Positions 40,761 to 51,793 of a stretch of DNA of 64,000 nucleotides are shown in pieces (the stretch's first letter is position 1; the number at the start of each line of letters is the position of its first letter). The stretch is from Felis catus (taxonomy: Eukaryota), in contig NC_058368.1 of NCBI RefSeq assembly GCF_018350175.1, positions 147,252,001 to 147,316,000 of the forward strand, given 5' to 3'. The notes below the pieces were generated by a model that saw only the letters and a list, made by a program, of their open reading frames with translations, made no database searches and had not been told where the DNA came from. The position numbers and the translations under genes were made by a program.

Positions 40761-42088
40761 GCTATTGTAGACTGTGCCCAGGATTTGTGTTGGTTTTGCA
40801 GAAAAGAAAGGACAGGGTGGTGGTCTTAGAAAATGTATCCCGGGAGGTAATGTAGAAGGGTACAAATTATATGCAATTTCTATCCCCAGCCTTTGGGATG
40901 AAGAAGACTGTAAGAACTGCTAGATTAAAGCAGAATATCTTTTAAAATGCAAATATCGAATATGGATAGAGGCACTCAGATTTTCATTTCCTATTTTATT
41001 CTTTTAAAAAAATGTCCACAAGGTCCATGAATTACTATACTAATCAGACCATCATTTAAAATAATAGGTAATATTTTGCACGCTATTAGGTTTCGTTTTA
41101 TAATATATGCATAAAATTTGAATAGCTATGTATTACTTTCACAACTGAAAGAAATATATGTTATTTAAAACTACTTATAAGTGAATAAAAAGGCAGAGTT
41201 TGCTGAAGTAGAATAAGCACAAGTTGTCTTAGGGAAACTTGAATTTGAATCTTGCTTCTGTTACTTGTTTATTATATAACTTTGGGCATATTTCTTCATG
41301 TTTTAAAATTGAGTGTCCTCCTCTTTAAGTAGAAATATAGATGGATCAATCCATTGACAGATAGATATAGAGATATAGATGTATTTTATCTTTAAGCTGT
41401 ATACCTTTATTGTGAAAATACGGTGCATAGAACACGCCAAAAATTGCCTGACAAATAATCATAATCAAAACAACAACAATAATAATAATAAGGCAAACAA
41501 CCCTTATGATAATGAAAGCAAAAACATTTAGATTCCCTGTCATGTTGTAGGATGGGCATCAAGTGGGAAGCGCTTTAGTGTATCATTATGTTTGATCCTT
41601 ACAGCAAACTTATAAGGTGGGCACTATTATTATCCCATTTTACAGATGATGAAAATTAAAGCTATAAAACAAAAATACTTTATAAGCAGGGGATGGCTAT
41701 TCATCTGAAGATAAAATCACAGGTTTAGGCCTCCAAGTCCATGGAGGGCTTTATCTCACCCATGAACCAGAAAGTTTAATGCCTTCCTTGAACGAACAAA
41801 ACCCTGGAATTTTAAATTAATATTTCTCAGTGCTTTATTTGTATGACATTTTGAGGTGAAACTTGAGACAGAAAAAAAATGGCCCAGAAAATGGAGTTGG
41901 CCTTAAAGATAAATCCATCCAATGTAGGGAGGATTAAAAATTAAAGAAACTCAAAGTCTAAGTCTATACAGCTAGTACAGCAACGAGCACATTATTAAAC
42001 ATTACAAATTATGCTTTATCTGTTTCTCCTGAAATAGATTTATTGAGAATTAAAATATTTTACATTGACATAATTTTCACTTGCTCTC

Positions 42089-42411
42089 TGTGATGGTTAT
42101 ACTTTATATGTCAACTTGGCTCAACTATGGAGTCCAGTTGCTTGACCACATAGTAGTCTAGACGTTGCTGGGAAGATATTTTGTATCTGTCTACAATCAG
42201 TTGATTTTATAGATTACCCTCCATAATGTGGATGGGCTTCATCCAATCAGTTGAAGGTCTTAAGAGCAAAACTTGAAGTTTCCTTGAATAAAACTTTGCC
42301 TCAAGAATGTAACATAAAAATTGTGCCTGAGTTTCCAGCTGAATTGGCCTCAATTCCTTAATATAAATCTCTTTAAATCATATATTTTATGTATTTACAC
42401 ACACGCGCGCG

Positions 42412-42466
<55 letters not shown>

Positions 42467-42496
42467 CTACTTCTCTGGAGAATCCTGACTGATACA
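42089..42496 (+). mobile_element. MLT2 (ERVL) solo LTR containing a (CG)n(CA)n microsatellite
   Basis: tgtgatggtta...tgtcaacttg...atccaatcagttgaagg...ttctctggagaatcctgactgataca. Perfect 5-bp TSD ctctc at 42084-42088 and 42497-42501. Confidence 0.92.
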
Positions 42497-43611
42497 CTCT
42501 CCATTTCCAACTGAATGCCTCTATTACCATTTTTTAAAATTTGATGCTTTTTCAGTATTTGAGTTTAATATTAACTTGGGTTTCAGTTTTGGTTTTTCTC
42601 CCAGAATCCTAAACATTGATAGCACAAAATCTACCTTATTAATTGAAATAATATGAAATATCTACAAACACTAAATAAAAAATTTATTTATACCACTGGA
42701 GTTATTCTGCAACATTATGATGGAAGTGAGTTACAAAAAGTTGAATGTTTGAAGCTGTAGCAACATGTATGCAAAGATTAAGTCACATTTTTTTTTCACC
42801 AAGCTTAAAAAGTTGACTAAATTTGAATGGCCATTTTCTAATATTCTAAATATAAAATTATTATGTTTTGACTATAAGTTCATGATAAAAATGTTTATCT
42901 ATAATAAGATAATATCATCCTGGGTTAAGCTAAGTAATGACAGTATCTAATACTCTTAGAAATTTTCGGGACAATGAAATTTAATATAACTGTCATTTTT
43001 TGAAATGTGAGAGAGGAAGATTATGTCAGTAGCATGTAAGAACTAGAGCTGAGTAAACTTAGGTGTTTCTATAGAAACAGATCATTAAAGCAAAATAGAA
43101 AGTTCAAAACAGATAATAGATATACACAGTTTTGGTAAGCATACATTTTTAAGCACATGAGAGAAAAATAAAGTATACAGTGAGGTTGAGATTTTAAAAG
43201 TCATGATGTATAACAGTGCAAATATGAATACAGACTTTAGTATGACTGAGATGTGTGCTAATGTATTTCTCAACAATTGGGCTTGCAGTTCTCCTAAGAG
43301 TTTTTATACAATAACCTGAAAAACATACTAAAATGTAAAAGAAAAACTAAGCAAGTAGTTTAAAATGACAAAGAGGTATTACAATGGTTACTTCTTATTG
43401 GCTTTCCTGATCATTAACCTAGTATGTATTTCCACCTTTCTCTTCCAAAACAGTACCATGATTATTATTCATGTATCTGCCCCTTAGCTCCTGATCCTAA
43501 CAGAAAGCAGAAATCAACCTTATGCTCCAAGGGAAGGGTTTGACTGGCTGGTTGTGTTAGGGATGGCAGAAGAGATCTAAGCCTGTCCAATTACAGTGGA
43601 TCTCAGCAGTC

Positions 43612-43746
43612 TTTTTTTTTTTTTTTAAGCAGGTATCCAGCCCAGCGTAGAGCCCAAGGTGGAGCTTGAACTCATGACCCTAAGATCAAGACCTATGCTA
43701 AGATTAAGATTCAGATGCTTAACCAAGTGGGCCACCCAGGTGCCCC
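43612..43746 (-). mobile_element. Short older Can-SINE, within an MLT1-like LTR remnant
   Basis: PolyT, then cttgaactcatgaccc...ccacccaggtgcccc. TSD core gtggatctcag on both sides. Confidence 0.85.
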
Positions 43747-45315
43747 AGGGTGGATCTCAGGACTTTTGTTTTCTTTGTCTTCTCTGGATAAAGATACATA
43801 CAGCCACAGTGGCTTTTGGCAGACCTATCACCACCCCAAGGGAAACCGGTATGGAAATGAAGATAAATTTTATACCACAGAAGACAGAACAAAAAGATGG
43901 GGAAAGAAAAACAAAACTCAGATTTTTAGTGACATCATTGGGCTACTCATTATTAATTCTGTGGGAGCTAATAAAATCTCGTATTATTCAAGTGACATTG
44001 AATTGAATGTACCAAAAGCATGTCACACAGTAACTGTTTTTAGAATGCATGCATTGCTAGATATTAACATATACTATTGAAGAAATTACATCTTCAAGTT
44101 ATACTATGAGGAATTTTTGTTACATATTTCTTGACAATATTTTAACTTTATTTCAAGTCAAGATTTGTATTTTGGGGGGAAAGATGATAAATTATGTCAC
44201 TGTATCTATATTCACAGATTTACAAATATATTATTTTGCCTTTTTGATAACTTACTTCTTAAACTTGTCTAAAGAAAAAGATATGGAATAAAAAATCTCC
44301 CAAATTCTCTACTGGTATGATGATCTTATACTACAGTGAAGTTTATCTTCGTGAAAACAAGAAAAAAATACTATCTACATAAAACAGAGAATTAAATAAC
44401 AACTAATTTTTCCTCCCAGTTCAATATCACTATCACACATCTATCAATAAGAAAGTTTTGTCTCACTAAAAACAAAAAAGGCAGCTTTATTTGGTCTTTT
44501 CATTAATGCCTCAGTAAACTGGATAAAGCTAAATCTTTAGAAGTAATAATTTATTCCTTATTCCACTAAAAATCTGCAAGTAAAGACTTCTGGTTTTTAG
44601 AGATCATAGCAATAAACTTTTTGGTTTTTATATATGTTTTTAATATTTAAGCCTGCTTAGCATATCTTTATGAGTAAGAATATACTTGATAAAATAATTA
44701 GTATAGTTGCTCCAGGCACTAGAGAGAAAATATGCCCATATAAAAAAAGGAGAAAATTTGTAACAAATATAAGGCGAACAAAAAAGAGAATGTGAAGCTC
44801 TATTTCAGACCCCAAGGAAATAAAGTGCTAAGATCAGAATGCAAAAGCAACTCTTGTTCATTAGAGAATAATATGGTAAGATATTACTCCTTTTCAAAAT
44901 GTATGAGTTGTAGAATAATTGAGCATAGTCAGCCATGCAGAATTATGTTTCATAAGAAAACAGGAAAGATATCTAAAAGAAATCTATAGCATAGTTAAGA
45001 AAAATCACAAAATTCACCATACACAGCAGGAAAGCTTTCATAGGGCCAAAGCTGAATATTTCAAAAGTTAGAGAAAAATGTTACCACTTGTGTATTGTGC
45101 TTAGCTACAAAGATATACACATACACATGGCTTATCTATATAAGCATATATATATGGTTTGTGTATCAAATCATAAATACATATTTGTATATATAAAACC
45201 ATAGTTATAAATCCTTACACTGCTAGGCAGTGTTCTATTATGTATGTAGATAAATAGTGTTCTCGGGTGTACTTCCTCCGTGACCAAACTGATGTTTTGA
45301 AAGAGTAAACATACT

Positions 45316-45510
45316 GGGGCACCTGGGTGGCTCTGTTAGTTAAGCGTCTGACTCTTGGTTCGGCTCAGGTCATGATCTCACAGTTTGTGAGATCGAGGCC
45401 CGCATCGGACTCTGCACTGACAGCACAGAGCCTGCTTGGGATTCTCTCTCTCCCTCTCTCTCTGCCCCTCACCCCCACCTTTCAAATAAATAAATAAACT
45501 TTAAAAAAGA
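45316..45510 (+). mobile_element. Can-SINE
   Basis: ggggcacctgggtggct head. TSD aaaga(g/t)taaacata. Confidence 0.94.
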
Positions 45511-46629
45511 AAGATTAAACATATTAAAATATTTAGAAGGAACCAGTGGAAATGATGATGCCCTGGTGTGCCCCATCACTACACTCTTCATCTCTGATGG
45601 GCATCACAGAGATCACAATAAGTTTATTATAAACTACTGTATCCAGGAAGCAATGTTTATCATCACTACCAAGTGGGATCAGATATTAATAGGCCACAAA
45701 TGGAGTTTTGCATTTAAGTAAATGATGAAATTTTAACTTTACAAATATGTAAAGAACAGTGTGGCTTTTGTAGTTTAGTGTTTAACACAGCTAACTGATA
45801 AAAAGACTTTATCTTTTACATTCATGGAAAATTCCATATTTTCTAATTATAATTTTTTGTCATTATGAGTTAGTTCAGTATTAAGAGCTACTTTTATATA
45901 AGCACAAACCTAGTCCCCTTCTTTAATGTTACAAAAAAGTGACAAAGCAATTAAAAATCTCTCCTTAGGCAAGAGAAGAAAAAGAATTAAGCTCTGTTTC
46001 TGAGGTGACAGGAACAAAAACAGTAAGTTGTGATTTTAATTTTAGCTTCTGATATACTGTATAGCTACAAGATTTCCACTGTGTCATTTTTTCACTGATT
46101 TTGATCCCATTCAAATATGTTTTTTATTTGTGGCCCTGTTATTCTTGTAATTACTTCATCAATTTGAAAAATAAATGGTATTTGTAGAGAGCTAAAATAA
46201 CAGCTAGTAAGACAAGATAAATTAAGAGGAATGAGGAAATTTATGTGAGAATGAGCTTGATTTTACATACCTTATAGTTAATAAATTAAATTTTATATAG
46301 ATAAGCTCATTTGTAGCAGTCAATTTTCTAATGTAGATGTCTTAATATTTTAAAGGACACAGACAAATGTATTGGTATAATCAGTTTATAAAGCCTCTCC
46401 TCATTATGAAATTTAAAGATAAATGAATATTGGATTTGTGCAACAGAGTGGGAAACGGCCACTGACTTAACTTTATTAAAGAGTGTTATTTTATGAAATT
46501 GAATCTAAATATTATGTATCACCTTTCAAAAGTTGCAAACTGACTTCATTTCAAAGTTATAAACCGATCTGTATTTCATTTGCACAGATACACACACACA
46601 CACACATTCTTAATATTTGTGAATAATTG

Positions 46630-46861
46630 TTTTTTTTAATTTTTCTTTACATTTATTTATTTTTGAGAGACAGAGACAGAGAGAGACAGAGCACAGGTGG
46701 GGGAGGGGCAGAGATAGAAGGAGACATGGAATCCGAAGCAGGCTCCAGGCTCCGATCTGTCAGCACACAGCCCGACGCACTTGGGGCTGGAACTCAGGAA
46801 CGGTGAGATCATGACCTGAGCCGAAGTCATGACCCAACTGACTGAGCCACCCAGGCGCCCC
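46630..46861 (-). mobile_element. Feliform Can-SINE
   Basis: Tail plus head ending ccacccaggcgcccc. Degenerate TSD aa(t/c)a.ttgttttt. Confidence 0.94.
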
Positions 46862-47177
46862 AACATTGTTTTTGAATGCACATTTATCAGGCCAAAGTCT
46901 GACGAGTATAGTATCACACTTCTGAGACTATAAAGAAATAATTTATGTTACAATGTCATGAGAGGATTCTGAAGGAAATTTCAAAAGAGAGCTTCCAAAA
47001 ACTATCTGGGCAATAGCAACATAATTGGCTTGCACGTGTCACCTGTAAAGGTGACTCCGTTGAAGGTACAGAATCTGTGTGGCCACTCTAAAAATATGTA
47101 TCTCACTAGTTTGTAATTAGATCTTGGCATACAACCTAGTTTGAAGAAATTTTTATTTGTATAGTTCATAGATTTCT

Positions 47178-47389
47178 TTTTTTTTTCAATGTTTATTTAT
47201 TTTTGGGACAGAGAGAGACAGAGCATGAACGGGGGAGGGGCAGAGAGAGAGGCAGACACAGAATCAGAAACAGGCTCCAGGCTCTGAGCCATCAGCCCAG
47301 AGACTGACGCGGGGCTCGAACTCACGGACCACGAGATTGTGACCTGGCTGAAGTCAGACGCTTAACTGACTGCGCCACCCAGGTGCCCC
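47178..47389 (-). mobile_element. Young SINEC_Fc-type element
   Basis: Shares diagnostic motifs (gagccatcagcccag, gacctggctgaagtc) with the copies at 18645 and 49236. TSD atttcttt. Confidence 0.95.
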
Positions 47390-48102
47390 AATTTCTTTAT
47401 ACTCATTGAAATAAGATGTTTAAATATCTGAACATAAGATTCAATGAAGATAAATAAAAGCTTTCAGTAGTTCCTGAAACAGGTGTCAGTGAGGCTGCCC
47501 TAGTAACTCAGATGCTACCATACATGCTCCTCTAGACTAACACACCCCATCAGAACACTGGGAGCTGAACGATTAGCAAGCAGACGCTCTACATTCAATA
47601 GCAGGACATATCCCCATAAGGAGAAATGCAGATGTGATGGAATATGCACCCCCTCCACAAAATAACACAAAAAAAGTAGTTATTTTAAGTGCTTGCTTTT
47701 TTGTATGTGTGGTAGTTTAGAAGTTCCAATAAGAGAAATTAGGGATATTTGAAAAAAATAACTGAAAACAGGATAAAGAATAAAAATATTATAAACAGAA
47801 TGATATGGGAATATAGGCTCAAATAGGCTCTATTGTAAAGAGAAAAGCCTCTATCATTTTGTAGCATTATAATGTAAGTAAAATACTATCTAATATCTCA
47901 TTCATTTTCTGAGTTATATTATCTATTTTTCTGATTTTTTTCATACTGTATGTTATTCAAGATAGAAACCTATTATTCTCTTTAGAAACAGTTCTGAACA
48001 ATGAGAATTTGTCACATTATGGAATTATAATTAATACAATTGTGTGTACCTGTGGGGTAAAAATAACTTAGATTTGTTATACAGTATCCGACATCACAGG
48101 CA

Positions 48103-48283
48103 TTTTTTTAATGTTTATTTATTTTTGAGAGAGACAGAATGTGAGCAGAGGAAGGGCAGAGAGAGAGGGGGAGACACAGAATCTGAAGCAGGCTCCCTGC
48201 AGGCTCTGAGCTGTCAGCACAGAGTCTGATTCAGGGCTTAAACTCACGAACTGAGATCATGGCCTGAATCACCCAGGAGCCCC
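48103..48283 (-). mobile_element. Feliform Can-SINE with deletion in the head
   Basis: tttaatgtttatttatttttgagagag...ctgtcagcacagag...cacccaggagcccc. Confidence 0.92.
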
Positions 48284-49235
48284 AACAACCATTTAATACA
48301 TAGTATCATTCAGTAGTAGTATCTTCTAGGGACCTACACTGATAGATCATGTATAGATTTTCTTAAAATAAGAGTTATTCTTAATTAATAATTCATACAT
48401 TCATAACTAATAGGAACCTGCAACATCCCCACTTACTTTATTATTTCTTCTCATACTGAATTTTGAGGAGTGGCAGATCTCCTAACAAAAACATTAAAAT
48501 TATTTAATTTAAGGAAATTAAAGAATGTATTTGAAAGAGTTACTATCCAATTATGCTGTGAATATGATTTGAAAGATGAATATGAGTCGAATTAAGATAT
48601 CAAAAATAGCATGTGGGAACATATAAAAGTTTAATTCAGGTAAAATTTGGGACCAAATAAAAGATAGCATTTCATTGATAATTTAAGCAGTATGAAGAAA
48701 TACCAGGAAAGAAATATAAAATAAAGGACCATAAAATGAGTCTGAGGTTAGGAAAGATTATTCTAGATAAATTCTGTTAGCATAAGAAGATAAGAGTAGA
48801 GAAAATTATTAACCATATATGAAATAAATATATTCTGACTAACAGTTTTAAATAAAAGATATATTTTGATAAATACTACTGAAAAGGGCACATAAACAGA
48901 TAATAAATATTCATTTAAGAAAAATAACTGCTGAAAAAACTTGTAGTAAATGGTACCAAAAAGGACTAAAATAATCATAATCCACTTCCCATTTTCCTTA
49001 TAAAATCAAGTTTTTAGAAATCTCATAATAAATACTTTGTCAAAAGTTTTAATACAACTATACAATAATACTCTTTTTATTATATACATCGATAAAATTA
49101 AAAGGAAAACATTTAATTCCCGCTGGCAGTTTTTATATAGGAATGCCTGCTTTCCTAAATGACAAATTTTTTTCAGTGCTAACCTGTATGTGAAATTATT
49201 TGGTTAAAATATTCCTTAAGAGTACATTTATTCTA

Positions 49236-49424
49236 GGGGCGCCTGGGTGGCGCAGTCGGTTGAGCGTCCGACTTCAGCCAGGTCACGATCTTGCGGTCCG
49301 TGAGTTCGAGCCCCGCGTCAGGCTCTGGGCTGATGGCTCAGAGCCTGGAGCCTGTTTCTGATTCTGTGTCTCCCTCTCTCTCTGCCCCTCCCCCGTTCAT
49401 GCTCTGTCTCTCTCTGTCCCAAAA
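49236..49424 (+). mobile_element. Young SINEC_Fc-type element lacking AATAAA and poly(A) tail
   Basis: CpG-rich intact head ggggcgcctgggtggcgcagtcgg, ending at gtcccaaaa. TSD atttattcta at 49226-49235 and 49425-49434. Confidence 0.95.
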
Positions 49425-51177
49425 ATTTATTCTATTCTAAAAGTCTGTGCTAAAATCACTAGAAAAACATCTGCTCATATCTGAAGACAAAAATATTTTA
49501 AAACCATAATTTAAACTCCAAGATGTTCATATCACTCTAAAGTAAAATAAATATTTGGAGAAAAAACATTCAGTTGCAATTACCAAAAGACCTTCTTAGT
49601 AGGTAAATTATCAAAATAACTTTAGAATAATGAAATTACACCAAGAAATAGTTATATTATACTTAAATATCATTTACATTAGGCTAAAATTAATCTTCAT
49701 CATACAAAATTAATAATTCTTTTGCAATGACACCAAAATTGTTTGGCAGGCAAAAAAGCAAGGTGTGGGAAGTAAGGAAGAGGAATTAGGGTGGGCTAGG
49801 AAAGCATAGGTGCTAGTGAGGACTGATACAAAGAGAAAACTAACGCTGGCAAATGCAGTCTCTGGGCAACCCTGTAAACACTAATGCCTCAAGTAGGGCA
49901 AAAAGAAGTCAGAAACTAGGAAAAAGACTCATATCAGCAGAGGAGTCATATCAACAGATGAGTTTGCTATTGAGTCATGTGATTAGGTTGCTCCTAAAAA
50001 GAGGCTACGCAATACTGACCAGACTGGGAGACAATGATAGGGAGTTCTTATCCAAATCAGACTGCAAACAAATGATAATATGAAAATGGAATAATTGAGT
50101 TTATCTAATTCTGTGATTCCATTCTTAAGGGAAGTATAATCATAAAGAGTATCATACAATACAGTATCCTCGGGGTTTATCAAAGGTATTTATGTCGATT
50201 CCATTTCCTTCCATTGAATTTTTGATCTTCTGATTTTACTCTTAAAGGTAAAAATGCCCACCCAGCCACTTTTGGAGGAAGGTAGAAATCAGGAAGTCTC
50301 ATACTAGTTGAAATAAATTCTGTCTATGAATCAAAATGGCCCTACCTTGTACCTAAGTTCCAATAATTGGGCTAGCTCCCTGCCACCTTCCTATAAAACT
50401 AAGTTGCCTTTTGTCCATTGGTTTCAGTGACCATTTTCTGCTCTTGTCTCTCAGGCCCAACTGCTTTCCTCAGTTACTTGCCTAAGAAGGAATCTAGTGG
50501 TGGGGTCTGGTTGTCCTCTTCTGACCAGTCTCTAACTCCTGCATCTCAGGACATTGACTCCTTTTTCCTGATACTGCTGATTGGCTAGCCTGGGCCTTTT
50601 ATTTATTGCTAATCACAAGAGCTGTGCTGCCTACTTTATCCCTACAAATGTGCCTGGTCTTTAGGCTCCTGGCGTTTCTCTTTGATCCATCCCATTGTCC
50701 TGGAACCAAGTTGGAAACACAATGCCTTCTCTACCATTAGTATTCTTCACAGTAGTTACTCTGAAGTACTATAGATACATAGAAGTTACTATGAAGGAGT
50801 AACTACTTCAAACCTGAGCCTGTGCTTGATTAATACTGATTAACTGGATGACCAGCAGAGTTATGATGCCAGATTTCAGTATCATTAATTTATAACTGTA
50901 AAAATTTGGTTTTAAATAAAGTGAGTGTTTGAGGCAACAATGTGGTTTTTACCCTTAAACTTAAATGAATAACATGTTCAGTGCCAGTTATATATTTGAT
51001 AATGCACTATTCTATCAGGGAAGATCATATTTCTGAAAGTACTTTTTTATCATTTTCCTCTTTTTTTATTCTCATTTTATTATTTTTCTGCATTTTATCA
51101 TTTTAGTTTTTCTCCTCATTTTATTATTTTTTGACATTTTTCTTAATATTTTTATTTTCTCATTTTCCTTATTCTTT

Positions 51178-51370
51178 TTTATTTAGTATTTATTTTGGGG
51201 AAAGCACAAGTGGGAGAGGGGCAAAGAGAGGGGAACAGGGGATCTTGAGGGTGCTCTATGCTGACAGGCTCACAGCAGTGAGCCCAATATGGGGCTTGGA
51301 CTCAGGAACCATGAGATCATGACCTGAGCTGAAGTCGAGCGCTCAACCAACTGAACCACCCAGGTGCCCT
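51178..51370 (-). mobile_element. Can-SINE about 280 bp downstream of the microexon donor
   Basis: Head ...aaccacccaggtgccc. TSD cattttccttattcttt at 51161-51177 and 51372-51388. Confidence 0.9.
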
Positions 51371-51652
51371 CCATTTTCCTTATTCTTTAATGTTGATGTG
51401 ATATTTTACATTATGTTTCCCTCTGTGACAGTTCATTTTCAATTCTTTTTCTTTGAATTTAAAGCTTATAACTAACATCATTTAATCTGGGGTGGTATAA
51501 TGGGTCCAAGAAATTTAAAAAAAGTCAGTAAATAAAACTGTGCTAGTTTCCTGGTTGAAATCTGAGAAAAAATACACTTCAAAGGGTGAAGGGACTATTG
51601 TTAACAGCATTAAATTACATAGAAATAATCTTAGCAACAAAAGGAACTTTAC

Positions 51653-51682
51653 CTGCTGACGTTGGCTCTTCTTCATCTGATG
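51653..51682 (-). CDS. EDIL3: EDIL3 30-nt microexon encoding the EGF1-EGF2 linker (A)SDEEEPTSA(G) (probably exon 3)
   Basis: The minus strand reads ...ttttttcctcttatcatag|CATCAGATGAAGAAGAGCCAACGTCAGCAG|gtaaagt. It translates to the recalled EDIL3 linker VASDEEEPTSAGPC. Its last G joins GT at 10226-10225 to form the Gly codon in frame. Confidence 0.96.
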
Positions 51683-51738
51683 CTATGATAAGAGGAAAAA
51701 AGACGAGGACAGGGAGAGGGTGGGGTGGGGTGAGGTTG

Positions 51739-51775
<37 letters not shown>

Positions 51776-51793
51776 AAATTGAACATAAATATA
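51683..51793 (-). promoter_or_regulatory. Extended 3' splice-site region of the microexon (pyrimidine/C-rich tract, (TC)n, candidate branch point)
   Basis: No AG occurs on the minus strand from 51685 to 51793. (TC)n lies at about 51744-51772, with CCCCA repeats and a CTCAC branch-like motif (A at 51731). Confidence 0.7.

Larger units (their letters stand above)
10227..51652 (-). other. EDIL3: EDIL3 intron (41,426 bp, GT-AG, phase 1) between the microexon and the EGF2 exon
   Basis: Bounded by donor GT at 51652-51651 and acceptor AG at 10228-10227. The flanking peptides join without a gap. Confidence 0.93.

Noticed and set aside
49236..49320. tRNA gene (also other SINE heads)
   Set aside because: The A/B-box similarity is the tRNA-derived head of Can-SINEs, followed by SINE body rather than a cloverleaf end.
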